A stretch of 64,000 bases of DNA from an uncultured virus (IMG/VR IMGVR_UViG_3300027896_000015) (lineage: Duplodnaviria; Heunggongvirae; Uroviricota; Caudoviricetes): the IMG/VR virus record IMGVR_UViG_3300027896_000015, one strand, 5' to 3'. The notes under the pieces were generated by a model that was not told the origin of the DNA, did no database searches, and saw nothing but the letters and a program-made list of their open reading frames with translations. A program made the position numbers and the translations under genes. This document shows, in pieces, positions 1 to 9,319 of this stretch; position 1 is the first letter of the stretch; each line of letters opens with the position of its first letter.

Positions 1-76
1 GCGTTCCGTCGTCTGCGGCCGCGGGCGGTCAGCGTTCGCCGCAGGATGGCGGGCCGTCAGGGACAACTACATCCTG

Positions 77-385
77 ATGCATCGGAAGTGCGAGATCTGC
101 GGCTACATGCCTTCCGGTAAGCTGGAATCCAACAACGATGTTCACCATATCGTTCCGAGGCATGTCGATCCTGGAAGAATCTGCGACGAGTCCAACCTGA
201 TGACCTTGTGCCAGAAATACAAATGCCATCTCCGGTTCGGGCATTTCGGGGACTATCGCCGCTACTACAATCCGCGCATCAGGGAAATATTTCCGAATGC
301 CGGTACAGACATGTCCGCAGAGGAGAACAGGGCCAAAGGGATCGACTCGCCGCCTGCCAGTTCGTCAGACAGCTGGGACGACTGA
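77..385 (+). CDS. HNH endonuclease
   Basis: CxxC ... VHHIVP ... NLMTLC ... CH pattern typical of small phage HNH nucleases. Confidence 0.8.
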   Translation: MHRKCEICGYMPSGKLESNNDVHHIVPRHVDPGRICDESNLMTLCQKYKCHLRFGHFGDYRRYYNPRIREIFPNAGTDMSAEENRAKGIDSPPASSSDSWDD

Positions 386-394
386 TTTTTTCTC

Positions 395-424
395 TTGCGT
401 TCCGCGGAAGAATTGTTGTACAAT
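395..424 (+). promoter_or_regulatory. sigma70-like promoter
   Basis: TTGCGT-18nt-TACAAT. Confidence 0.55.
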
Positions 425-427
425 GAT

Positions 428-573
428 CGTCTGCACCATGTTAGGTGCAGTGACGTTGAAATATCAGTACAAATGCGGCCAAGGTTGCGCAAGGTTAGTT
501 GTACTACGGTGTGCCGGACGACTGTCTGGAAACTTTAAGCGCAGCGGGGGCTGTTTCCAGCCCCCGCTTTTTT
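428..573 (+). ncRNA. candidate structured small RNA
   Basis: Lies between a promoter and a terminator; helices 431-437/444-450, 466-472/499-505, 514-519/524-529; no convincing ORF. Confidence 0.4.
543..573 (+). terminator. intrinsic terminator
   Basis: AGCGGGGGCTG-TTTC-CAGCCCCCGCT followed by a T run. Confidence 0.85.
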
Positions 574-672
574 GTTGACTTTGTTCTCGGGGTTTTGTAT
601 CGTATCAGCCATGCAGACAGCAGAACGGTTTGCGAAGATCATCCGGCGAGCGGAGAAACAAGCAGGAGCGTC

Positions 673-1074
673 GTGAACATCTACCGATTAGCCATGGCCG
701 TGTCCCGATCCGAGTACACCAAGGACGCATACAACGATCTTTCCGGCGCGTTCGGGGAGTTCATGAAGTACAGGACGGCGGACATGAACCGCTGCTACCA
801 TGAGCGCGACCAGTGGAAACAGGAGTACCGGAAGCTGATCGATGCGGCTTTCGTCAGGAGCATAGGCAGGCCGCCGAAGGGGTCGTGGGATCAAAAGAAG
901 GTTCTGCGCGGCGTCGTCGATTTGCTGCGTTCTGAGGCCGCCTGGTATGCCGACGTCGCCGCGCGCCGCCTTGTCGTAAGATACGGGCGCGGCATCAAAG
1001 TCAAGCCGTCTTTGAACGACGCCAAGGAATTTTTCGATTTCGTCGAAGCGGCAATCAATTCTGTTTTGGGGTGA
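673..1074 (+). CDS. hypothetical protein
   Basis: GTG start with GGAG SD; promoter-like TTGACT-17-TATCGT at 575-603; abuts rtcB. Confidence 0.6.
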   Translation: MNIYRLAMAVSRSEYTKDAYNDLSGAFGEFMKYRTADMNRCYHERDQWKQEYRKLIDAAFVRSIGRPPKGSWDQKKVLRGVVDLLRSEAAWYADVAARRLVVRYGRGIKVKPSLNDAKEFFDFVEAAINSVLG

Positions 1075-1077
1075 AGC

Positions 1078-2331
1078 ATGATCATGATCAAATCTCCTGA
1101 CGGACGAAAGCCGATCTTCTCGTGGTGCCCCGACGCGGACGACGGGACCATCAGCCAGATGACGGTCATATCCTCCCTGCCGTTCGTCGATCACTGCGCC
1201 CTGATGCCGGACGCCCATGTCGGCATGATGATGCCGATAGGCGGAGTCGTCGCGTGCGACGGAGTCGTGGTTCCGAATTTCGTCGGAATCGATATTGGCT
1301 GCGGCGTAAAGGCCCTTCAGACCTGCATCAAGGAGGACGAACTGTCCGACCAGGGCCGGCAGGATATCCTTGCTGAGCTGGCGAAGTCAGTCCCCGTCGG
1401 ATTCGCGCACAACGACGCGGCAAGAATTGCCCGAATCATGACGTTCGACGGGCCGGTTGTGAGATACGTCTCCGGCTTGATCTCAAATGAGCCTCGGCAC
1501 AATCCTGTCGGAGACGTCGCCGCCAGCGTGCAGTCGCAGATCGGCACTCTCGGAGGCGGGAACCATTTCCTTGAGTTCCAGCGCGACGAGTTCGGAAGAG
1601 TATGGATCATGATCCATTCCGGATCGCGCAACATCGGAAAGAAGATCGGCGACTATTTCAACGGCGTCGCTTCCGACTTGAACGCAAGGAACTTCGCGTC
1701 GGTTCCCAGGGACATTCCGTTTCTTCCGACCGATTCCGAAGAGGGCAGGTCGTACCTGGAATGGATGCGTTTCGCCCTTGAGTTCGCGAAGTTCAACCGC
1801 TGCGAGATCATGAACGACGCCGTCAGGGTTCTGGAGACGGTTACTGGGAAGAAGTATTACCGGCTTGAAGAGCAGTTCGTTGACATCGACATCCACCACA
1901 ATTACGCGTCCCTGGAGACTCATTTTGGCAAGGAAGTATGGGTCCACAGGAAAGGGGCCACCTTGGCTTCCAAGGACACGGTCGGCGTCATCCCAGGGAG
2001 CATGGGAACCAGATCCTACATCGTCCGCGGCTTGGGCAACGAGTCGTCGCTCAACTCCTGCAGCCACGGGGCGGGCAGAAGGATGGGCCGCAAGGAGTTC
2101 AACCGCCAGAACAACTCCGCCGACGGGATCGCCGCCATCGAGAAGTCGATGGCCGGGATCGTTCACGGGGGCTTCAAAAACGAGGAGCGGCGCAAGAAGA
2201 ACGCACTTGAAATGCTGGACGTGTCCGAGGCCCCGCAGGCGTACAAGGACATCGACGAGGTGCTGGCCAACGAGGCGGATCTGGTCCGGGTTCACATCAA
2301 GCTCAGCCCGATGATTGTGCTTAAGGGATGA
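1078..2331 (+). CDS. rtcB: RtcB 3'-phosphate/5'-OH RNA ligase
   Basis: MPDAHVG, GIDIGCG, GTLGGGNHF, HSGSR, HHN, HRKGAT, IPGSMG, SHGAGR, EAPQAYK motifs. Confidence 0.95.
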   Translation: MIMIKSPDGRKPIFSWCPDADDGTISQMTVISSLPFVDHCALMPDAHVGMMMPIGGVVACDGVVVPNFVGIDIGCGVKALQTCIKEDELSDQGRQDILAELAKSVPVGFAHNDAARIARIMTFDGPVVRYVSGLISNEPRHNPVGDVAASVQSQIGTLGGGNHFLEFQRDEFGRVWIMIHSGSRNIGKKIGDYFNGVASDLNARNFASVPRDIPFLPTDSEEGRSYLEWMRFALEFAKFNRCEIMNDAVRVLETVTGKKYYRLEEQFVDIDIHHNYASLETHFGKEVWVHRKGATLASKDTVGVIPGSMGTRSYIVRGLGNESSLNSCSHGAGRRMGRKEFNRQNNSADGIAAIEKSMAGIVHGGFKNEERRKKNALEMLDVSEAPQAYKDIDEVLANEADLVRVHIKLSPMIVLKG

Positions 2332-2849
2332 CCATGCACGACACCAAATTCAAGCGCGTCTCTTGGGACGATGTCGAACAGGCCTGCCGCGTCATTCACG
2401 AGCAGATGCTCCGTGACGGATACCGTCCCGACGTGCTGATCGGCCTGCTGAGGGGCGGTATCGTCCCCGCAAGGATATTCTCGGACATGTTCGACATCCT
2501 CATCGACTTCTTCGCCTTGGACGTCAAGCTGTACGACGGCGTCAACTCCAGGAGGGACAAGCCGGTCATCAGGTCGTTCTTCAGTCTGGACGAGATACAG
2601 GGATGCAAGAAGATACTGGTGGTGGACGACATCTGGGACAGCGGGAAGACCATGAACGCCGTCCTGGACATGCTGAAAGGCAGGGATGTAACGACGGCGA
2701 CCGTCTTCTGGAAGGAAGGCGCCGAGAAGATGCCGGACTATTGCCACAGCATCGCGGCCAAAGACGAGTGGATTGTGTTCCCTTGGGATGCCCTGGAGTT
2801 CAAGAGGGAAACGGAAAACCAGATGCGGGGGCAGGAGGGGCGGCGATGA
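2328..2849 (+). CDS. type I phosphoribosyltransferase (xanthine/guanine PRT-like)
   Basis: LLRGGIVP, PRPP-binding ILVVDDIWDSGKT, WIVFPWD. Confidence 0.9.
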   Translation: MTMHDTKFKRVSWDDVEQACRVIHEQMLRDGYRPDVLIGLLRGGIVPARIFSDMFDILIDFFALDVKLYDGVNSRRDKPVIRSFFSLDEIQGCKKILVVDDIWDSGKTMNAVLDMLKGRDVTTATVFWKEGAEKMPDYCHSIAAKDEWIVFPWDALEFKRETENQMRGQEGRR

Positions 2850-3217
2850 AGAAGTGGCTGAGTCGCATCGGGCCTGCTGCCGCTTGTAGAAACATGATCA
2901 GGGCTTACTGGTGGCTGCGGATCGTGTTTTTGTCGTCGCGGTGGATTCCTCGGCTGAACCTCGGGCGACAGGTATGGTGGCGCGGAGAGAAGTGGATGCT
3001 GATTCAAGGAGTATGTTCCCCGGCGTGGGACTTGGTGCGCGGCGACAGGCGGGAAAACCACATCCACGAACGGGAGTTCCGCGCCGTGCAGAATCCGGTT
3101 GAATGGTGGCGCGCATTCCGATCAGGATACCGCTTCTACATGGGCTACTGGTTTAGCATCCGGGTAAACGAAGGCATCAGGCCTTGGATGCGAGACTGCA
3201 GAATATGGGGGTGCTGA
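2846..3217 (+). CDS. hypothetical protein
   Basis: ATGA overlap with PRTase; SD GGAGGGG. Confidence 0.6.
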   Translation: MKKWLSRIGPAAACRNMIRAYWWLRIVFLSSRWIPRLNLGRQVWWRGEKWMLIQGVCSPAWDLVRGDRRENHIHEREFRAVQNPVEWWRAFRSGYRFYMGYWFSIRVNEGIRPWMRDCRIWGC

Positions 3218-3417
3218 CATGCCGAAGTATGTCGAGAATCCTAAGCTGGCCGGCAGCGGAATCGTCGCCTGCATCCCGCAGAAGGGCGGGTGCCCGAACG
3301 GATGCGCGGACTGCTTTTTCACTTCGGGTCGCTGAGGATTACCAGCGGCTACTGGGTGATCACCTTCGACGCCTGGAACGCGGTCATGGACCAGTACAGG
3401 GACGACAAGATGGTGTA

Positions 3418-4752
3418 GTTGCCTTCTCCATGGAAAATCATGGAATCAGCTTTCACGGACCGCAGGGACTATAGGCTCCTGCCCCGCCTCCGGCCAATAG
3501 AACTTGTCCGGATGCGGACGCGCCCCCTTCGATCTTGCGACCGGAGGCAGCTTCAAGGCGATGTTCAGAGAGGCGTTCAGATCGGCGTCTGATGAAAGAC
3601 CACACTTGCCGCACCTGAACTTCTCTCCCTGACGGTTCGACTTGCGTGTCCATCCGCACCTGGAGCATCTCCGGCTGGTGTAGCCGGGCTGGACGAAGGA
3701 GATGCGGACGCCGCCCTCCTCCGCCAGAGATTCCAGCTTCCTTCTGATGACCGGATACGTCCAGTGCGACATCTTTCTGCTCGTTCTTTTTCCATTTCTA
3801 AGATGCTTGATGTTCTCCAAAACGATTTCTTTGATTCCTCCGAGATTCAGGGAGTTCAAAGCCCATTTGATGTGGTTGGCCCTGTGTCTGGAAGTTCTCT
3901 CGAAACCCTTGCTGCCCTTCTTCCTGCGGCAAAGCCTTTCCTGTATCTTCTCCAAAGTCCATCCGTGCCGGTCGGGCGTGCTGAAAGAACCGTCGCTGGC
4001 GGCGAACACCTTCCTCATGCCGATGTCGATTCCCAGGCGTTTTCCTTCGATTTTCTCGGGGGGTTTCGGCAGGTCGAACATGAAGGTCGCCTTGTTCGCA
4101 CCCAGCCTGACTCCCTTCTTGATAGTCCCTGCAGACTTCATTTCGTTGAAGTGGATGTTGCCTTTCAAAGGGACGACGATCTTCATCTTGCCGCCCAGGG
4201 ACGTCAAAGTCAGCCACATGTCGAAGGTTCCTCTGTTTTTCGGCTCCAGCTTGACGAATCTGGTATCCAGCTCGGGCTGGATGAAGGCATCCGGTTTGGA
4301 CATGACCGCTTTTTCGGCGATCCTGGCCAGCTTTCTGGCCTGCTTGAACTTGCCCTCCTTGTTCAGCTTCTTGACCATGTAGAGGCGCCTTTGCTGCTTG
4401 GCCTTGGTGCCTCGGACGATCCCCGAGGCCTGCTTGGCTGCCGCTTGGACGGCCCTCGCCGACAGCCATGTGTCGGACTTGTCGGTCATGTTTTTGGAGA
4501 AAAGAACGGGAACCTTTTCGGCGTTCCAAAGGATGTCGATGAAGAACTGGACGACCTTCTGATACTCGGCGATGAACTCTCCGATCTTCCGAATCTTGCC
4601 GGAATTGGAGAACTTCAGGGAGCATTGGGAACTTCGGATGATCGTTTTGCTGTTGACCTGGTCTTTCATCTTGTGGTATATTTCATCGCAACAGGGAGAC
4701 AAACCTTCCATCAAACGAAGATATTTTCTATGGAAGGCATGAAGGAATATGA
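3418..4752 (-). mobile_element. non-autonomous tnpB element
   Basis: Removing it plus one TA restores the host frame (V-Y-S-C); TA at both junctions; terminal hairpins TCCATG..CATGGA and CCTTCCAT..ATGGAAGG. Confidence 0.7.
3446..4669 (-). CDS. tnpB: TnpB / Cas12f-like RNA-guided nuclease
   Basis: RuvC-I LGIDIG, RuvC-II IVLENI, Zn finger CSRCG..CGKCG, RuvC-III DADLNASLNI; start taken at MKDQVNSK. Confidence 0.9.
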   Translation of the reverse strand: MKDQVNSKTIIRSSQCSLKFSNSGKIRKIGEFIAEYQKVVQFFIDILWNAEKVPVLFSKNMTDKSDTWLSARAVQAAAKQASGIVRGTKAKQQRRLYMVKKLNKEGKFKQARKLARIAEKAVMSKPDAFIQPELDTRFVKLEPKNRGTFDMWLTLTSLGGKMKIVVPLKGNIHFNEMKSAGTIKKGVRLGANKATFMFDLPKPPEKIEGKRLGIDIGMRKVFAASDGSFSTPDRHGWTLEKIQERLCRRKKGSKGFERTSRHRANHIKWALNSLNLGGIKEIVLENIKHLRNGKRTSRKMSHWTYPVIRRKLESLAEEGGVRISFVQPGYTSRRCSRCGWTRKSNRQGEKFRCGKCGLSSDADLNASLNIALKLPPVARSKGARPHPDKFYWPEAGQEPIVPAVRES

Positions 4753-4944
4753 TACTCCTGCGGACGCGCCGAGGGGATGTCGGGAGGCACGCTCTGCAAG
4801 CGGTGCGGCAACTGCCTGAGGGAGTACTTCGCGACGGTCGAGAGGATGAAGAAGGCCTGCAGGCGCTAGGCGATTTCAGGCTTGATTTTCGGCCCCGATT
4901 GTGCCACCATGTCCTCAAAAGGAAACGGAACAGAAGGGCTGTCC

Positions 4945-5736
4945 ATGTTAAAACACAACGCAATCTATCTTGGCGACTGCCTGGAAACGATGAAGCTGAT
5001 CGACGACGGATCCGTCGACCTCGTAGTCACGTCTCCTCCTTACTATCTCAACAAGGAGTACGAGAAAACGACGTCCTATGCGGAATACTGCCGCATGATG
5101 GAGATTGTCTTTCTGAGCACCAACAGAGTGCTGCGCGGCGGAGGCTATGCGGTGTTCAACTTCGGAGACTACTACAACAGCGGTAACAGGTTCTACAAGG
5201 CGGACGTTCCGGCATGCTATCCGGCGTCCATCAACTACTTCAGGTGGGGAGTGGAGAACGCCGGAATGGACCTTCAGGCCACCAGGATATGGCGCAAGCA
5301 GTTCGCCAGGATGGGCATCCCCTTCGTCTGCAACACACATCCTAGGCCTGTGTTCGACTACGAACACATCTGGACGTTCAGGAAAAGGAACGGCAACGGG
5401 GATGAATTTGTGTCGGACAGAAAGAAGACCCAGCGAGGGGTGGTCGGCAGCGACTGGACGTCGTCGGCCGGCATCGACAGCCACTGCGCCGCGTTCCCGG
5501 TCGAGCTCCCCGAGTGGGCGATCGATGTCTATTCCAAGCCGAATGCGCTTGTTCTGGACATGTTCGGAGGAAGCGGAACCACGGCGATAGCTTGCATTCG
5601 TTCCGGCAGGCGGTACATTCTGATTGAGAAGGACAAGCGGTACTGCGAGATGGCCAAGGAGCGCGTCGCGAAGGCCGTGAAGGAAGCCGCGGGATCGAAG
5701 GCGCTGTTCTCAGAAGACAAGCCCGTCGGACGCTAG
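4945..5736 (+). CDS. beta-class N4-cytosine/N6-adenine DNA methyltransferase
   Basis: GDCL, VTSPPY catalytic motif, H.A.FP, VLDMFGGSGTT SAM-binding motif. Confidence 0.92.
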   Translation: MLKHNAIYLGDCLETMKLIDDGSVDLVVTSPPYYLNKEYEKTTSYAEYCRMMEIVFLSTNRVLRGGGYAVFNFGDYYNSGNRFYKADVPACYPASINYFRWGVENAGMDLQATRIWRKQFARMGIPFVCNTHPRPVFDYEHIWTFRKRNGNGDEFVSDRKKTQRGVVGSDWTSSAGIDSHCAAFPVELPEWAIDVYSKPNALVLDMFGGSGTTAIACIRSGRRYILIEKDKRYCEMAKERVAKAVKEAAGSKALFSEDKPVGR

Positions 5737-6620
5737 GATATGGCCATGCCGGTTCTGAAGGCCTCTCTTCCGTCCTCCGGAATCGAAGATTCGATCGCCT
5801 CGGCGTTGCCGCGGTTGTCTCCCAGCCTGAATCCGGCGTTCAGCAGCCCCCACACGAACGCGTTGTTGTTGATCCTGATCTCGCCGCCCGTCGTCCTGTA
5901 CGGCGGCAGCTTGAGTTTTTCCAGCGCGGCTTTTGAAGTTTCCGGCAGATGCACGCGAAGAGTGTAGCTCCACCAGTCAGGATTGTTCGACAAGGCGTAC
6001 CCCTCTCCCTGATGGTCCGAAGCGTTTTCTCCCGTCACGCGCTTGTACATGCCCGGGAACACATCGTGGTACTTCGGAGGCACCTCGGCGCTTATTTTCC
6101 CGTGGGCCGCTATGTATCCCAGCGTCAGATAGTCGTTGTTGCCGCTGAAGTTCTGTATCGTGTTCAGGTTGAGCGTGCGGGCGATTTCGGCCTGATCGCG
6201 CCGCCTAGCGTTGAAGATCGTTTCGGCTTGGGCTACCATCGGATACCTTTTTACCGCTCCCGGCGACACGTCCGCGCGGAATGTCTGGTCGTATCGCACG
6301 TCCATGGTGCCGTCGTCGTTAATTTTCATAACGTCGTACGTGCCGTACCAGTTCGAGTATTTTTCGCCCTCTTTGAACGTGACGTCGTACTGCGAAAAAT
6401 GTTTCTGCCTGGGCTCTCGCGCGGCTTCCGGCTGCTTCGAAACCGGAGGCGCAACCGCAACGACGTTGCCCTCGTCGTCCTCAGAATACCACTGTCCGTC
6501 GATCAGGACGGGATCGCTGGACGACGCTTTAATCCATCCGTGTTTGACGCCGATGGAAATCCATTCTTTTGTTGAAACGCGCAGGATGGATCTGCCGGAA
6601 CTCGCCCTGACAATTTTCAT
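5733..6620 (-). CDS. hypothetical protein (probable virion-associated)
   Basis: 295-aa ORF; N-terminus similar to that of 14549-15730. Confidence 0.7.
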   Translation of the reverse strand: MKIVRASSGRSILRVSTKEWISIGVKHGWIKASSSDPVLIDGQWYSEDDEGNVVAVAPPVSKQPEAAREPRQKHFSQYDVTFKEGEKYSNWYGTYDVMKINDDGTMDVRYDQTFRADVSPGAVKRYPMVAQAETIFNARRRDQAEIARTLNLNTIQNFSGNNDYLTLGYIAAHGKISAEVPPKYHDVFPGMYKRVTGENASDHQGEGYALSNNPDWWSYTLRVHLPETSKAALEKLKLPPYRTTGGEIRINNNAFVWGLLNAGFRLGDNRGNAEAIESSIPEDGREAFRTGMAIS

Positions 6621-6709
6621 GGACCGCCTCCGTTAATTCTCTTGATATTTCGGGGACGGACGGGTATATTCCTGTTCAAGGCAACAAGCAGGAATGACGG
6701 AGGACGCGC

Positions 6710-7120
6710 ATGGCGAAGAAAACCAAGAAGGCGGATCAAAAGAGAGGGCCGCACGGCGACAGCCGGAATCCAAAAGGCAAGACGCCTTCGTTCCACATCA
6801 AAGTCCTCAAGCACGTCGTGTTCGACAGGCCGAAGACGTTCAGGGAGTGCCGATCCCTGTGGACGCAGGATGAGATGCAGGGCGACGGCGTCGTGCTGGT
6901 CAGCTTATGCCGTCCAGGTTTCCCAGAACAGCTGAGGGCGCTGTCCGCGACCAACGAGCTTGGCGGAATATGCGACGACTGCGTCGACCGCGACCTGATG
7001 GGCTCCATGGTCTCCGGCTACTGTATCGTCAGAATCGCGGAAACGTGGCTGATCGAAAGGAGAAGTGACCGTGAAAAAGAACAAGAAGTTTCTCAGCCCC
7101 GGCAGCGACGCTGCCGTTAA
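6710..7120 (+). CDS. hypothetical protein
   Basis: SD GGAGG before ATG. Confidence 0.55.
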   Translation: MAKKTKKADQKRGPHGDSRNPKGKTPSFHIKVLKHVVFDRPKTFRECRSLWTQDEMQGDGVVLVSLCRPGFPEQLRALSATNELGGICDDCVDRDLMGSMVSGYCIVRIAETWLIERRSDREKEQEVSQPRQRRCR

Positions 7121-7289
7121 GTCAGGATGCTTGTGCCCGGTGATGGACAACCATCGCGGCAGCGGATATATGGGCATGCCTCATGTGTTCGTCATGCAGG
7201 AGGACTGCCCGCTTCATGGGTCTGAGTCCAGAAAAACATGGGGAGAAAAGCCGTGCAAAAAGGCGTCTTTATCACGTTCGAGGGCATAG
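7071..7289 (+). CDS. small Cys/His-rich phage protein
   Basis: PGSDAA..GCLCPVMDN..G ... DCPLHG pattern. Confidence 0.65.
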   Translation: MKKNKKFLSPGSDAAVKSGCLCPVMDNHRGSGYMGMPHVFVMQEDCPLHGSESRKTWGEKPCKKASLSRSRA

Positions 7290-7903
7290 ATTGTTCCGGC
7301 AAGTCGACGCAGGCATCCATACTGGCCACTAGAATCGAGGCGAGCGGACGCCCAGTCGTCATGACCAGGGAGCCGGGCGGCACAAGGATCGGCGAGACGC
7401 TGCGGTCGATCATCAAGGATCCTCCTGAGACGCTGAGCCGACGGGCAGACGTGTTCCTGTTCGAGGCGTGCCGGTGCCAGATCGTCGACCTCGTCATCAG
7501 GCCCGCGCTGGAGGACGGCATGGTTGTCATCTGCGACCGGTTCATCGACTCGACGATCGCCTATCAAGGATTCGGAAAAGGCATTGATTCTGGTCTCTTA
7601 GCCAAAATGAACATGTTTGCGGTGGATGGCTTGGTCCCAGACTTGTCAATCTTTATCGACGTTCCAGTGGAGACCTGTGCGTCAAGAATGGTGTCTCGAC
7701 CTGGAACCCCAAAGGATCAATATGAACGGGCTGGATGCGAGTTTCAAGAGAAGGTTAGACACGGCTTCATAAGTGTCGCATCCGCACATGATAGGTTCAT
7801 GACCGTCGACGGCATAGGAATGCCAGATGATATAGGAGACAAAATATGGCTTCGCGTTTCAGACGTTTTGAATCGGCTTTTGCCGCTGTCTTCTGTATGC
7901 TAA
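7253..7903 (+). CDS. tmk: thymidylate kinase
   Basis: FITFEGIDCSGKST P-loop, TREPGG, CDRFIDSTIAYQG. Confidence 0.95.
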   Translation: MQKGVFITFEGIDCSGKSTQASILATRIEASGRPVVMTREPGGTRIGETLRSIIKDPPETLSRRADVFLFEACRCQIVDLVIRPALEDGMVVICDRFIDSTIAYQGFGKGIDSGLLAKMNMFAVDGLVPDLSIFIDVPVETCASRMVSRPGTPKDQYERAGCEFQEKVRHGFISVASAHDRFMTVDGIGMPDDIGDKIWLRVSDVLNRLLPLSSVC

Positions 7904-8793
7904 TGCCCACCTTTGGTGGTGAGTCCATTAGTCTCTATTGGGAAAATGACGTCGTTTTCGTCACTGACAGATACTACACCCAAGGAACTAGGCTGCAATA
8001 CTCGCAGTGGGGCCGCACGGACAACATCTCGATCTTCTCGGACGACATACCCCTGCTTTTCTGCGATGGGACTGCGTCCAAGCGAGAATATTGGATCCAA
8101 CAGCTGATGTACACTCCCGAGAACATCAAAATCGCCGAGCCTCAAATGGGATCCCGTCCGTGGTGCGGCATCCTGACCGCTGGATATCGGGAGACTAAGG
8201 GAAGCCCGACGTTGGCCGATTCCTTTGAAATCCAATTGGGTGCCGTCGGCCCTGAATCGTACGCCGAGGAGACCCAGGAGTGGTTCCACGACGTCACGGG
8301 AAGCCGTCCGCCTGCTGGATGGGGAAACCAGATCGACACCGTCTACGGCGGAACGGCGATCCGCAGCCGACACTGGAGGCCGTGGTCCGTCGGATCGGAC
8401 ATGAAGTGCGATGCGACGTTTTCCGGTTCGGCGGCTTTGGGAAACTTCTTCACATATGCCGAAGCCGGGGCGGTCGCGAGGGCTGGTATGCGTCCTCCTG
8501 ACGATCTTGGAGAGATATTTATCGGCCCCCGAGTCCCGGACAGGTGGTCGGCATACGTCCTTGGAGGAATCAAGGGACGGGCGGTAGCCAGGAACATAGC
8601 CCTGGACGGCGACACGATCGGATACGACTCCGACACCGAAAAGAGGCCGCTGGTGGGAGACGCGTTCGCGGGATTCGGCGCGCGCCTGATGGGGGCGGAT
8701 TTGACGTTCATCTACACATGGAGAACCGATGAGTTCTACGGGCAGAAATACGACAACGGGTTCGGTTCGCTGTCCCTATCGGCGATCTTCTAA
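7846..8793 (+). CDS. LpxR/DUF2219-family outer-membrane beta-barrel (lipid A 3'-O-deacylase-like)
   Basis: Signal-like N-terminus, WENDV..TDRYYTQG, QLMYTP, RPWCG, GAVGP.S.AE.TQ..FH, GW.NQI, C-terminal Phe; start uncertain. Confidence 0.8.
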   Translation: MASRFRRFESAFAAVFCMLMPTFGGESISLYWENDVVFVTDRYYTQGTRLQYSQWGRTDNISIFSDDIPLLFCDGTASKREYWIQQLMYTPENIKIAEPQMGSRPWCGILTAGYRETKGSPTLADSFEIQLGAVGPESYAEETQEWFHDVTGSRPPAGWGNQIDTVYGGTAIRSRHWRPWSVGSDMKCDATFSGSAALGNFFTYAEAGAVARAGMRPPDDLGEIFIGPRVPDRWSAYVLGGIKGRAVARNIALDGDTIGYDSDTEKRPLVGDAFAGFGARLMGADLTFIYTWRTDEFYGQKYDNGFGSLSLSAIF

Positions 8794-8795
8794 GG

Positions 8796-9224
8796 TTAGA
8801 TGACGACGAATCCGCCGCCAATGCTCCATTTGCCTATTCCACCATTATCCGTTGATGACGAACTCGGCAGCCATTGAGTGCTGGTCGAACTTAGGGAACT
8901 CGGCAGAACCTGTGTACTTGTGCTGCTTTCGGAACTCGGAAGCGCCTGCGTGCTGGTGCTGCTCAAGGAACTTGGAGTGCGGGAACTTGTGCTGCTCAGT
9001 GAACTTGGCGTATTGCTGCTCAAAGAACTCGGCGTCCTGCTGGACAAGGAACTCGGCGTGTTGCTGGACAATGAACTCGGTGTGCGGGAACTCATGGACG
9101 AGGTGCTGGAACTCTTCCCGCAGAACCTGGCCACCTCCTCCTCGCCGTCATACAACACGACGCAGTCAGTGTCTTTGCGTATCATCCAGTCCAGGGAGCC
9201 TCGATTGTCCAGGTATACGGTCAT
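8796..9224 (-). CDS. Ser/Thr-rich repeat protein
   Basis: PSSLSS(R/N)T repeats between unique termini. Confidence 0.6.
   Translation of the reverse strand: MTVYLDNRGSLDWMIRKDTDCVVLYDGEEEVARFCGKSSSTSSMSSRTPSSLSSNTPSSLSSRTPSSLSSNTPSSLSSTSSRTPSSLSSTSTQALPSSESSTSTQVLPSSLSSTSTQWLPSSSSTDNGGIGKWSIGGGFVVI
8860..9112. repeat. degenerate coding tandem repeat, ~24-nt unit
   Basis: Recurrent GAACT(C/T)GG core; 24-nt spacing at 9001-9080, 30-33-nt spacing nearer 8860. Confidence 0.75.
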
Positions 9225-9249
9225 ACCCTAGTTTTTCTCCACATTCAAG

Positions 9250-9277
9250 TTGCGTTCCTGCGGTTTTGTGGTACAAT
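9250..9277 (+). promoter_or_regulatory. sigma70-like promoter with extended -10
   Basis: TTGCGT-16-TACAAT with TG-N before the -10. Confidence 0.55.
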
Positions 9278-9319
9278 AGCCTCAGTTTCGAGTCGGAATA
9301 GAGCACAGAGAGGAACGTC

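Larger units (their letters stand above)
3219..4869 (+). pseudogene. disrupted radical-SAM-like gene (three fragments, split by a tnpB element)
   Basis: 3219-3335 MPKYVENPK...CPNGCADC (CxxxCxxC); 3332-3417 LRITSGYW...DDKMV joins in frame to 4755-4869 (Y)SCGRAEG...CKRCGNCLREYF... Confidence 0.65.

Noticed and set aside
4670..4963. N-terminal extension of the 505-aa TnpB ORF
   Set aside because: Runs beyond the element boundary into flanking genes; a start at 4669 fits.
8852..9301. Plus-strand Leu/Cys-rich ORFs over the repeat
   Set aside because: Antisense shadows of the Ser-rich repeat gene.
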